A DNA stretch of 64,000 bases, taken from the NCBI GenBank assembly GCA_043228905.1, contig JBHGNT010000013.1, positions 14,942,001 to 15,006,000 of the forward strand. The letters run 5' to 3'. How positions within the stretch are numbered: the first letter of the stretch is position 1; every line of letters starts with the position of its first letter. This DNA comes from Azolla caroliniana. Its lineage: Eukaryota; Plantae; Polypodiophyta. A program made the translations under genes and the position numbers. The notes beneath the pieces were generated by a model that was not told the DNA's origin, searched no databases, and worked only from the letters and a program-made list of their open reading frames with translations. Shown one piece after another: positions 27,946-39,745 of the stretch.

Positions 27946-30668
27946 AAAGCACGCTACAATGTACCAACTTTTGGCCAAAATTCTATTACTAATTTGATGA
28001 ATCTAAAAAGCATAAAAACTAAAAATTAATCAAAGATTTGGGATTAAAAAGTTGATTATCATTTCTCCTAATTAAAAGTCACATTTAATGAAATTTGTTT
28101 TCCAAAACAAACCGTAGATACACAACCTCTCACTATTATGTATGTCTCCATGTCTCCCTCCTTGTCTAATCGTGTTCATTTGAGGTTGTCAGTGCATATG
28201 TTGAGTTAGAGGTGTACGAAAATATCTTGACTAAAAAGATCTCTCTCTCTCTCTCTCTCTCTCTTGCCTCATGCAAGTAAGTCATTCATGGCGTTTCCCT
28301 TCTTATGATGCTTCAAACCCTTCTCCTCTGCAATGTCGTGGTCTACAATAATTATCCTCTCCATAGACCACTTGCTCTGCCATAACCTCTAGGCATGCTC
28401 CACATCCACAACCTTTGCACCTAAGGCCATGTCATAGTTGCTACCATGTATGGCAAAATGGATAGTGCAACACCCTGCTAGTCATAGCAATTAGCTACAG
28501 TCGTATTGAGGTCATTGCCAATGAACATGTTGATTTGGTGGTGTAGCAATTGTATGCCCTAACGCTCAAATAACTTGCATATGTTCATGATAAAATACTA
28601 AAACACATGGTGACATTTCCCCATGATGTCGTTTTGTGAAAACACAAGATTACATCATGTTAATATATTGAAATGTGACGACCATGCATTGAACATGTAA
28701 TGATAACATATAATACACAAGGAATATATTTTGACCACTTGAGCACACATGTTACACACATAAAATTACATAAACATAATTGAAGAAAACATACAATGAA
28801 AAAAAAGTATGCGCTATTGTCAATTGTTACAGCCTAACTAATTAATTAAGCAAAACGTAAAGAATTATAGACCAAGGAAAGGAAAGAGGAGCATAAAACC
28901 ACCTTATGTACCCCCTAGCAAAAGTGTGAGATGAACTTGAACCTCCTCGATGTCCCATACCATCGAGGGTTGATGCGAGCCGTACCTTGTGTCTTGTGAG
29001 GATTGCACAAGCTTAGGTAACAAGAGTCATAGATACATTGTCATAGTCTGAATATAAGTCCAACCCTCTTTATAAGGTTAACACAAGTTTAATGTTGGGG
29101 AAAAGGTTTGGTTGTTATGTGTTCTTGTTTGATGGACTTCATGGGGTAACACAACAACTTTGTAGGATAAAAGGGAAGTTTATTTAACAATTTTCACAAC
29201 TATGTTCTATGGGGATGTTGTCTCGAGAGGAGATGGACTTATGTCATCTAGTTTTACAATACTTGAGAGGGTTTCCTTTGCACTATCACTCTTTATGAAG
29301 TAGTGAAAATAGCAAGGGTTGTATTATTATCTTGTTTTAATAACAAAAATCGATTTATAGAAGAGAGAGTGAGTGAGAGAGCCCAAATGGTAAGGTTGGC
29401 CAACAGAGACCAAGTGGTTATGGGTTCAACCCTTACATTCCACTGTGGCATCTAGTAAATTTGAGAGATATAATGGAGTAATAGAGAGGTGAGAATTTGG
29501 GTTTTGAACCCAAGACATAGTGCTAATAGTGTAACAACTTACCACTAAGGTAAGCTAATTATGAAAATAGAGAGAGAGAGAGGAAAAAAGCAAGAGTGGA
29601 GAGGGGAAGAAGAAGCGAAATTGTTTTTATTGTTGCACTCTCTATCGGAAACAGAATTGAGGTTGTAATCTTTTTAGGCATATCCACATCTAACACAAAC
29701 ATTCTTCCTTGTCGTTTTGCTTTTGCAATAAGCTTTCCATGTTTCTCTATAAAGCATCCACTTTGGTTAAACTTAACTTGCATTCCTTGCTCTACTATCT
29801 ATCCAACAGAAATAAGATTTTTTGCAAGGTTTGGCACATGCATAACATTTAACATATACTTTATTTTTCCTTTTTCTTCCCACAATGGGATATCTCTGAT
29901 ATGCTCGATTGTATGAGTGGTATTATCACATGTTTGTACATAACTAGGAATCTCTTGTTCTCTTAGACTTTCAAACCAGTTTGCATGTCCTGTCATATGA
30001 TTAGATGCCCCATAATCTACATACCACATATAATCTTCATTGCATCTTTGTGAACATTCAACCATTGCTGCTGTCTCATGTTGTATCATAAATGCACCTT
30101 TTTTATCACAGTTTTCACTAGTTGAAGCATAGTTATTTTGCTATCTCTTCCCTCTTTTTTCATCATTTTGCTTTATATAGCATTTAGCATGTGTATGGCT
30201 TGGTTTTCCACAATACCAATAGCCATCATCATTCGAATAAGTTTGCTTACCTCTACCTCGATTGCTCCCCCTGCCTCTGATGTTGTTTCTTCCACTTGTA
30301 GCTTGTTGTCCTCTTCCTTGATAATTATTGTTGGTTCTACCTGAACCAAATCTTCCATGGCCTCTTCCTCGGCATCTTCCAACACTATTGTAGAGGGCTT
30401 CCCCCTCAATTTCCAAGTTTCCATCATCCATCTAATTTCTTTCTTCCACGACAAGCATTAAAACTAGATCTGGAAAACTTGGGATGCTATCCTTTGTGAG
30501 AATAGATGTTTTGAAGCTTTTATATTGAGGTCCTAAGCCTCTTATGCATATTTCCACCTTATCATCATCTCCTACCTTCACATTATTAGAAGCAAGTGAC
30601 TCACATATGCTCTTTATTTTCAGAGCATACTCATTAACTAACAGCTTACCTTTTTCCAAGGTATTTAG

Positions 30669-31481
30669 TAGCAATGGGCCCGGTTCGGTTTCAGTTCGGT
30701 TCAGTTTCTTGGCCTTGAAACCAAACCAAACCATTTATTAATAATAAAAACCGAACCAAACTGTTTAAAAATTTATGAATCCATTTAAACCAAACTGTTA
30801 AACCAAACTGTTTAAAGAATAGGAGAAACCAAACCGTTTAAAACCAAACCGTTTACGAAAAATTTAAAACCAAACCATTTTTTATTGATATTAATCATCA
30901 TACTTATTATAAATTTGTGTGAGAAAATCATCATAAATTTCGTCATCATACTTATCATAAAATTTGTCATTATACTTATCATAAAATTTGTCATCATACT
31001 TATCATAAATTTGGTTATCATACTAATCATAAATTTGATCATCATACTTATCATAAATTTGATCATCATACTTATCATAAATTTGATCATCATACTTATC
31101 ATAAATTTGATCATCATACTTATCATAAATTTGATCATCATACTTATCATAATTGATCATCATAAATGAAAAGGAGACTCTACATATAATACATATAAAA
31201 TTTAATAAGTTAAAACAAGAGTTTAAAATTAAAAGTTGAAAGTTAGAGCCTATAGAGAATATTTATGAGTATTTTTTAACCTATAAACCTATAAACCTTT
31301 AAACCGAACCACATAAACAAAAACCGCTAAACCGCTAAACCGGTCAATTCAAAACTGAACCGAAACCGATTAATAACATTTGGAACCAAACCAAACCATT
31401 TATTGATCTTTGAACCTATAAACTATTAAGCCACGGTTTTTCGGTTTGGTTCGGTTTGAGCTGAAACCGGGCCCATTGCTA
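30669..31481. mobile_element. Non-autonomous hAT-type element (MITE)
   Basis: 17-bp TIR tagcaatgggcccggtt / aaccgggcccattgcta; exact 8-bp TSD gtatttag; many subterminal aaccg/aaacc motifs. Confidence 0.92.
30895..31165. repeat. 24-bp tandem repeat inside the hAT MITE
   Basis: Unit atcatacttatcataaatttgatc, about 10 copies. Confidence 0.92.
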
Positions 31482-32485
31482 GTATTTAGCTTAGTCTTCA
31501 ACTGAAGCTTTCTAGCCTTTGTGTTTACTGCAAACAGTTTACCAAACTGTCCCAAGCTTCTTTTGGAAGTAAAGCATCTTGTATGTGTCCAAGCATCAAA
31601 TTTGAGATGCTAAGTGACAGCCAATGCAATACTTTCCTTGTCCCTTGATTCCATTCCTTAAATGCTTTAATCTGTGCAACAATTGCATTTTCTTCGGGGA
31701 TCTCTGGAGCCTCTTCTAGGTCTCATTCAATGTAATCCCAGTATCCTTTTCCCATAAGGAAATTTGTTATTCTGAATTTCCAGGCAGGGAAATTATTTTT
31801 GTCCAACTTTTCTATGACAATTTAGTTTCCATTCTTAGCAGCCATTCTCTCTTTCAAATTAGGGCTTTTGCTACGATTAACTTCACAGACAACTCTTTGT
31901 TTCAGACCAACAACTAGAACCAAACTTCTTAGATTTGTATTGTTCCTCTTTACGAGTAACTCTACTCTGATACCATGTTACGAAGGCACTCCGACTCTTC
32001 TTTCTGCACAACATATCGTGATGTGTTGGATCGTTTAGTGTGCTCAAGACATAAAAGGAAGGGGGAAGGAGACTTACCTCTGTAGCAACCCAAAAGCTTC
32101 TATTTCATTACACGCAGAGAAAACCTCTCTCATCAGATTTCTGTTTTCCAGCTTCTTCTCTCTCTTTCTACTCTCTTACTTTTTTACCTAGGTTATAAGT
32201 GACTTACATATGCAACTAATTAGCTGTGACTAGCTAAATAGCTGTGAATAGCTGAATAGTTGTTTTACTTATATGTCCACTAGTAACTAATTTCCTAATA
32301 GCTACTTTAGAAGATCTTATTTCCCAATGAGCATCACATGCTTTTGTTGAGCTTGTTTCTTAACAATGTGGACGACATGTTGATTGTCGGATGAGACCCG
32401 AGGAAAATCGGAAGCTTGAAGAAGGCCTTGAGTAGGTCATTCTCGATGAAGGCAAATCCTGGGGATGCACATTGTCCAAGACCGA

Positions 32486-35232
32486 TGTTGTGTTGTCACG
32501 CACTTTGCGTGTAGAAAGAGGTGGGACCACGGGGGCCTTGAACTGAGGAGAGAGAGAGAGAGAGAGAGAGAGATTTGCAGATTTGCAGAAGCGAGAAGGA
32601 GAGAGAAAGAACGAAACACTTAATTACAATAACAGTCGATTACAATATCAAGACATTACAAACTCTGACGGTTACAACCGGCAAGCCGGCGATGGACCCG
32701 ACACGGGGACCCTACTCATGCACACAGACGGAACACACTGGACCCAGAAAAATGTAGAAGGGAGAGCCTCTGTTGGCAGCACACGGGCTACCCACGAAGC
32801 AGAGGCATCGAACTCCCAATACCCACAGAGAATGACGATCGGAGGAGGAGAGAGAGCTCGGCACTCGGTCCTGCAGCACTTCGTCCTCGCTAATGCGTGA
32901 TGCCCTTTTCTCCCTTCTCTCCCTCCTTAAATAGTTTGCCCAAAAGGGGAGATCCTTCTTCTCCAGTCAAATCACTTTATTCCCTGTCCCTTTCGACAAC
33001 GATACGCAAAAATTCCCCAATAAATGCGTACTACCTAGTATTTACATCAGTCGACCTAATTATGAATTATGTACAAAATATTAATTCTCGCGTCCATCCA
33101 TGTAAGAGCCGGTTCATGCGCCTTTTTCTCCAATTGCGCCTATGGCCGGTTTTCTTCACGACATCCACCCCCACTAAACCGCGCATCCACCGGTATGCGC
33201 CAGAGACGGGTAGATACCGAAGAAAACCGGATTCACTCGGCGCTCTCCGATTCTTTGCCGGGCCCGAACTGATCGTCGTCGTCGCTCTCGTCCACGCCCT
33301 CCGGGTCCGGCTCGTCCTCGAACCCCGTCTTGAACGATTTGATCCGCTTCCAGGCCACTGATACCGCTAATTGTGTCCCGTCGAGTTCTGCGAGGTGGTA
33401 CGTGCCGTTGTCATTCGCGCTCGTCACCGTGTAGGGCCCGAACCATCTCCTCGCGAACTTCCGCACCGCCTTGTGCTGATTGTCGAGGCTGTTGTCGTAC
33501 ACCAAGACCCAATCGCCTTCCTTGATCTTCTTTGGTCGCAACCGGTGCGTTCGGTTGAACCGGGTCTTGTTCCGCTCCCTTGCCGCCCGCAGCTTTTCCC
33601 TCGCCCGTTTCATGTCCTCCGGCCTCCGCTCGAGTTGCCGAATCCGTGCCGCCAGCAACTCCTCCCGGCTCATCTCGTCCTTCCAATCTACCGCCGCCCA
33701 CGAAGAAACCGTCCGTTCCACCGGCATGATCGGCTTTTGTCCATATATTAGCTCTACTGGCATAAACCCTGTCACCGAACTATGTGTAGTTCGGTCCGCC
33801 CATAGTGCGTAAGGAAGGAGTCGTGGCCAATTCCCGACCTGCCCTCCACATGCACGCATCAACGCCTTTACGATCGGCCCGTGCCCACGTTCTACCTTCC
33901 CGTTCGCCTCCGGATTGTATGCCGTAGTGAGGGAGAGTTTGAGCCCTAGCTAGTCGAACAACTCCTCAGATTCCCTCGCATCCAGCTCTCCCTGGTCCGC
34001 TACGATCCTCCCGACGCACCCGTACCGACACACTACCTCTTCGATCAGGAACCGGCATACCGCCGCGGTTGTCTTGTTCTGCAGTGCACGGCCTTCGACC
34101 TGGTTTGTTAAGTCTTCCCGCACAAGCACCAGGTATCGCATCTGTCCTACTCCCATCGGCATCGTCACCAAGTCCACCATCCACTTGAAATGGACCGTAG
34201 GCGGGTAGGTCGGATGTAGCTCGTCCCGGTGTTGGACTACGGAGTACATCTGACAGCTTTCGCAAGTCGTTACGAACCGATGCACGTCCCGGTATAGCCC
34301 CGGCCACCAGTACTTCTCTTTCAGCTTGTTGAATGTGGCCCACGTTCCGTGGTGCCCGGCCTAGGGACTCTCGTGAAATGCCGCCAGTAGTTCCTCCTGT
34401 TCTTCTTTCTTTGCCACTACTTGGAGCGGGATGCCATTTCTTTTCTTTGGGTGCCTTCATATGCACCTGTCCCATAGGAAGAATCGGTACGCCTTCTTCT
34501 GTACCCAACTTGCCTCTTCTCTCGTCCACGCCGCGTCCGACGTCATCGCCCGTAGGAACCTCCCAATTTGGAGCCACTCCCCGTCGTACCTGCTTTTGTC
34601 GAATTCGTTAAGCGCCGGAGCACCCCCTTTCCTCGTCGTCACGTTAGCCGACCTGAAGAAGTCCTCGCCGACTTCTTCGTCATCTGAAACCATGCCGTCT
34701 TCGTCGTTGAACCTCGCTCTCGAAAGCATGTCGGCCATGGCATTATCTTTTCCGGAGATGTGCCGTATCTTTGGGTTTAGGGGCTTAATGTATGCTATCC
34801 TCCGGAGCATTGCTAGATCCGGCGTCGCACTTCCGGAAACCATGCCGAGTATCGGCAGGCATTCCGTCTTGATAATCACTTCCGTCCCAATCAGATAGTC
34901 CTTGTCGGCCTTGACTGCAGAAACGATGCCCCAAAGCTCGCACTTAACTTGGGCGTATCCTCGTTGCCGCTCGCTCAATACCTTCCCCCCGAACCGAATC
35001 GGGAACCGTACGCCGTCCTTGTCCTCCTGACTGATTACCCACCCAATCTCGGTCGGGCTCGTGTCCACCGTCACGCAAATGGGGACTTCCTTGCCGAAAA
35101 CCGCTTTTCGGAGAGCCGGTGCCGCAACAAGTGCCTCCTTCATCCTCCGGACCGACTCTGTGTGCTCCGTCCTCCACTCGAACCTACGCCCTTTCTTCAA
35201 TAGCCCGTAGAGCGGCTCCGCAACATGCGCGT
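32486..35232 (-). mobile_element. Ty3/gypsy 3' half ('D1'): 3' LTR, INT, RH
   Basis: LTR 32486-33163 followed by the PPT complement tccaccccca. INT (CRYGCVGRIVAD, LPYALWADRTT) and RH (VTVDTSP, ADMLSR). Confidence 0.88.
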
Positions 35233-36597
35233 TGTCGTGTTGTTACGCGCGTGCATGTAGAAAGAGGCGGGACCACGGGGGTCTCAGACCAAGGAGAGAG
35301 AGAGAGAGAGAGATGCAAGTATACACAAAGAGATTAAGAGCAAGGAAAACAAGAATCTAATTACTATAGTCAATAGCTTACAACCGGCAACCCGGTAATG
35401 GACCCGACACGGGGTCCTACTCACGCACACAGAAGACAGCCACACGACTCGAAGAAACAAAAGGGGAAAGGGGAAGGAGAGAGACTCTACTGGAAGCACA
35501 CGGGCTATCCACGAAGCAGAAGCAGCAAACTCCCGACACCCGCAAAGAACGACGATTTGAGGAGAGAGAGAGACCGGCACTCGGTTTTGCAGCAGCACTT
35601 CGTCCTCGCCCTTCTCTCCCTTCTCTAATCTCCTTAAATAGTTCCCAAAAGGGGGTGCCCTTTCTCCCTAGTCAAATCGCTTTATTCCCTGTCCCTTCTG
35701 ACAGAGATACGCACAATCCCCTAATAAATGTGTACTACTTAGCATTTACATCAACCGATCCCTTTATGAATCAATATCAAAATATCAATTCACGCGTCCA
35801 TCCGTGTGAGAGCCGGTTCATGCGCCGTTTTGTCCGATTCCGCCTATGGCTGGTTTTCTTCATGACATCCACCCCCACCAGAGACGGGCAGATACCGAAA
35901 ACTGGCTTTACTCGTTGCTCTCCGATCCTCCGCCGGGTCCGAACTGATCGTCGTCGTCGCTCCCGCCCGCAGGCTCCGCCTCGTCTTCGAACCACTTCTT
36001 GAACGATTTGATCCGCTTCCCGGCCATCGGCACCGCTAATCGTGTCCCGTCGAGTTCCGCAAGGTGGTACGTGCCGTTGTCGTTCGCGCTTGTCACCGTG
36101 TAGGGCCCGAACCACCTCCTAGCAAATTTCGTACCGCCTTGTGCTGATTGTCAAGGCTGTTGTCGTACACCAAGACCTAGTCGCCTTCCTCGATCTTCTT
36201 TGGCCGCAACCGGTGCGTCTGGTTGAACCGGGTCTTGTTCGTCTCCCTTGCTGCCCGCAGCTTTTCCTTCGCCCTTTATATGTCCTCCGGCCTCCGCTCG
36301 AGTTGCCGAATCCGCGCCGCCAGCAATTCCTCTCGGCTCATCTCGTCCTTCCAATCTACCGCCGCCCATGAAGAAACCGTCCGTTCCACCGTCATGATCG
36401 GCTTCTGTCCGTACATCAGCTCTGCCGGCATAAACCTTGTCAGTAGTTCCAATCTACCGCCAGTAGTTCCTCCTGCTCTTCTTTCTTTGCCACTACTCGG
36501 AGCGGGATGTTATTTCTCTTCTTTGGGTGCCTTCATATGCACTCGTCCCGTAGGAAGAATCGGTACGCCTTCTTCCGTACCCGGCTCGCCTCTTCTC

Positions 36598-37174
36598 TGT
36601 TAGGAAACAGGTCCCTCCGGATGAGGAGTACCCGGAAATGGAAGACCCGGTGAGAACCGGATGAGGAGTACTCGGAAAGCGCCGGATGATGCAGGCCCGA
36701 TGAAGAGTGCTCACCGGATGAAAGGACATATTTGTAAATTTGTTTCTGAGAGTCCATTGGGGATATATTTGTAAATAGCCGAAAAGTCATATTAGTATAA
36801 ATATGACTTAGGGCAAACTTTAGAGACGTTGGTTGTCATTCTTGGTTGCGCAAGATTAGAGTGCGTAACTGTGTACAGAGAGAGAGAGAGAGAGGAAGAG
36901 GTCGTTGCCTCTGTTGTAATTGCCGCCTGTGGCGAAGATAGCAAGCTCGAGGTTGTTGCCTCAGTGCTTCACTATTGTACATTCTGATATAGTGATAGTT
37001 CGCAGTCTGTGGGCTGCCGTGGTTTTTACCCTAGTTTGGGTTTTTCCACGTTAACATCCTATGTACTCTTTTTCTCTCCTTTGGGTCGTGTATTCATTCC
37101 CCGTTTTTTCTGTGTATGATTCTAAGCTCGGCTGTCGCCGAGCGTTGCGCATAGGGAGCGTGTAGTTCCTGTCA
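36598..37174 (+). mobile_element. Solo LTR of the copia E family
   Basis: tgttagg...tgtca flanked by TSD ttctc (36593-36597, 37175-37179); homologous to the LTR starting at 42898. Confidence 0.9.
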
Positions 37175-38322
37175 TTCTCTCGTCCATGCTGCATCCGGCG
37201 TCATCGTCCGTAGGAACCTCCCGATTTGGAGCCACTCCCCGTCGTACCTGCTTTCGTCAAATTCGTTAAGTGCCGGAGTGTCCCTTTTCCTCGTTGTTAC
37301 GTTAGCCGACCCGAAGAAGTCCTCGCCGACTTCTTCGTCATCCGAAACCATGCCGTCTTCGTCGTTGAACCTCGCTCTCGAAAGCATGTCGACCATGGCG
37401 TTGTCCATCCCGGAGATGTGCCGTATCTCCGGGTTCAAGGACTTAATGTACGCTATCCACCGGAGCATTGCTAGGTCTGACGTCGCGCATCCGGAAACCA
37501 TGCCGAGTATCGGCAGGCAGTCCGTCTCGATGATCACCTCCGTCCCGATCAGATAGTCCTTGTCGGCCTTGACTGCCGAAACGACACCCCAAAGCTCGCA
37601 CTTAACTTAGGCGTATCCTCGCTGCTGTTCGCTCAATACCTTCGCCCCGAACTGGAATCGTACGCCGTCCTAGTCCTCCTGACTGATTAACCACCCGATC
37701 CCGGTCGGGCTCGTGTCCAACGTCACGCAAATGGGGACACCCTCGCCGTAAACCGCTGTACGAAGGGCGGGCGCTACCGTAAGCGCCTCCTTTAGTCTCT
37801 GGACTGACTCCGTGTGCTCCGTCCTCCACTCGAACCCACGCCCTTTTTTCAATAGCCCGTAGAGAGGCTCCGCAACATGTGCGTAGTGCGGAATCCAGAT
37901 GTGGTAGAACGCGCATGCTCCCAAGAATCTGCGGACCTCCGTGACCGACCCACAATCGTCCCTCATCGCTGAGATGGCCTCCATCTTTGCCGGAGACGGT
38001 TTCCTAGCGTAGGGCCTGCACAGGTGCCCGACCACCAAGATCTCCAATTGCCCGAACGCCGATTTTTCTCCAGAGAAGGTGAGTCGTGCGTTTTCGAGCC
38101 TCTGCAGCACCTTCTCACAGTCGTTGATGTGGTTCACGACGAACCTCTGGCATCTGTCTCGTCCGCGTCATCCACCGGACACCCCTTTATCGGGATGTTG
38201 TCCAAGAATGGCATGGTGATGTCCGAGATGCAATCCTTAGCACCTTGTTCATTGCGTTCACCATATGCGCCACCGAAATTGTCCCGCCTTGTGGTAGGTA
38301 CACATCCGTACTAGGCCGAGAG

Positions 38323-38871
38323 TAACAATCAACAACGGTTCGGTTTGGACCGAACTGAACCGCGAAACTACGGTTTAACGGCTTAACGGTTTCAAGGGTT
38401 CGGTTAGGTTCGGTTCAAGTTTAGGTTTTTATAAACGGTTCGGTTCGGTTTCGGTTTTGTTTCAGTAGTCAAAAACCGCGGTTTAAATGGTTTAACGGTT
38501 TTTATTTTTTATTATTTTTAAAAAAATTTAAAAAATTTAAAAAATTGTTTTTAAACAATCTTTTCATTTTTACTCTTATTCTCACATTTTAGGAACATCT
38601 TAAAATTTTTAAAAATTCTAAATAATGAAATATTATAAATTTTTTAAAAAAATAAAAAAATTTGACCTATGTTGAAAACCGAAACCGAACCACGAAACCG
38701 CGGTTTTTACGGTTTAAAGGTTTAATGGTTTGAAAAATGTTTAACGGTTTGGTTTAAAGGTTTCACGGTTCGGTTCGGTTTGGTTCAGGTTTCAACTTTT
38801 TTAAACGGTTCGGTTCCAAACTGGTTCGGTTTGGACCCTCTCGAACCGAACCGAACCGTTGCCGATTGTTA
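38323..38871. mobile_element. Second non-autonomous hAT-type element (MITE)
   Basis: Imperfect ~23-bp TIR taacaatc(aa/gg)caacggttcggtt; 8-bp TSD gccgagag/gctgagag; dense aaccg/cggtt subterminal motifs; AT-rich core. Confidence 0.88.
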
Positions 38872-39745
38872 GCTGAGAGGAGTTCGCATCGTCGTGATAT
38901 CCTTGCTCTCCACAGCTACCTGGAACTGGTCGTACCCCGAGTATAAGTCACCGACCGAATAGATCGACCTTCTAACGAAGGCCTCCGCGAAATCATCTAT
39001 GGTCGGTCTGATTCCTGCATTACGGATGGTCACCTTGTTGACTGGTTGCAGGTCTTGAATAAAGCGCAGCGGGCCGTTCTTCTTCGACACCGTAAACCAC
39101 CGATTCGAATACGGGGCACTCGACGGTTCGAGGATGCCCATCTCCACCTTTTGCTTCAGAAGCTCCATCAACTTCGGGATGTGAGCTCTCGGCACTGGAA
39201 TCGGTTTGAGATTCCATGGTACATGCGGTACCGTGAAGATCACCATCGGTTCGAGGACCGTCAGGTCAACGCACCCGATCTCCTCTAGCGAGAACGCGAA
39301 GGCTTTCCCATGCCCATCGAACCTACCGGAACGGTCCGGTCTTCTCTAAGGTCTTCACCGATCACCTTTCGCAACTCGCCCAAGGTGTCGTCAAAAGAGA
39401 CCGCCTCCACGGTGCCGCTGATGTCTTCGTCGGGGAAGAGGACTCCGCATCCCCTGAGCCGCTCCTCCGCTCGCTTCCTTTCCCGGCCGTCGATGCCGGC
39501 CATAGTACAACCTCCGTTGTCGAAGAACCAAATTTTCCTACCTATGGTACAGGTCTTCTTTCGTACTATACATTTGTGGGGTTTTTCCCGGGTGTCCGGA
39601 CTATCGCGTCCCCACGCCTTGATAGCCCTCTTTAAAAATCCCCTCGGGTTTCGCCGCCGAGGGCCTTGCGGTTACGCTCATGGTTTGGTCGCACTGTCAG
39701 GAACTGGACCGAGTGACGCCCATCCTGGCTCTTGACTCTTGCATA

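Larger units (their letters stand above)
20612..32365 (-). mobile_element. Full-length decayed Ty1/copia element ('copia B')
   Basis: TSD atgtg at 20607-20611 and 32366-32370. 5' LTR 31976-32365 with tRNAiMet-type PBS (tggtatcagag on -). 3' LTR 20612-24998 (interrupted), followed by the PPT complement ctccccctcaag. gag, WYVDYGASNHM protease, INT (RSDGGEY), RT and RH (YTDANWAG, SSTEAEY) present. Confidence 0.92.
14323..32485 (+). mobile_element. Ty1/copia RT fragment ('copia A', Tnt1/Tork-like) split by nested insertions
   Basis: Segments 14323-14468 (TDEGEP..FEEA; KKALRSKWV), 20166-20611 (YKLKPGDGG...QLDVK-like...FLILLLYV) and 32371-32485 (DDMLIVG...) are colinear once the TSD-bounded inserts are removed. 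Confidence 0.85.
35233..39745 (-). mobile_element. Ty3/gypsy ('D2', same family as D1) inserted in D1, internally deleted and 5'-truncated
   Basis: LTR 35233-35867 is homologous to the D1 LTR. INT, RH and RT (PYSNRWF, RFIQDLQPVNKVTI, DLYSGYDQ) fragments. Confidence 0.85.

Noticed and set aside
30812-31169. ORFs of repeating MMIKFMIS / IILIINL
   Set aside because: Translation artefacts of the 24-bp tandem repeat.
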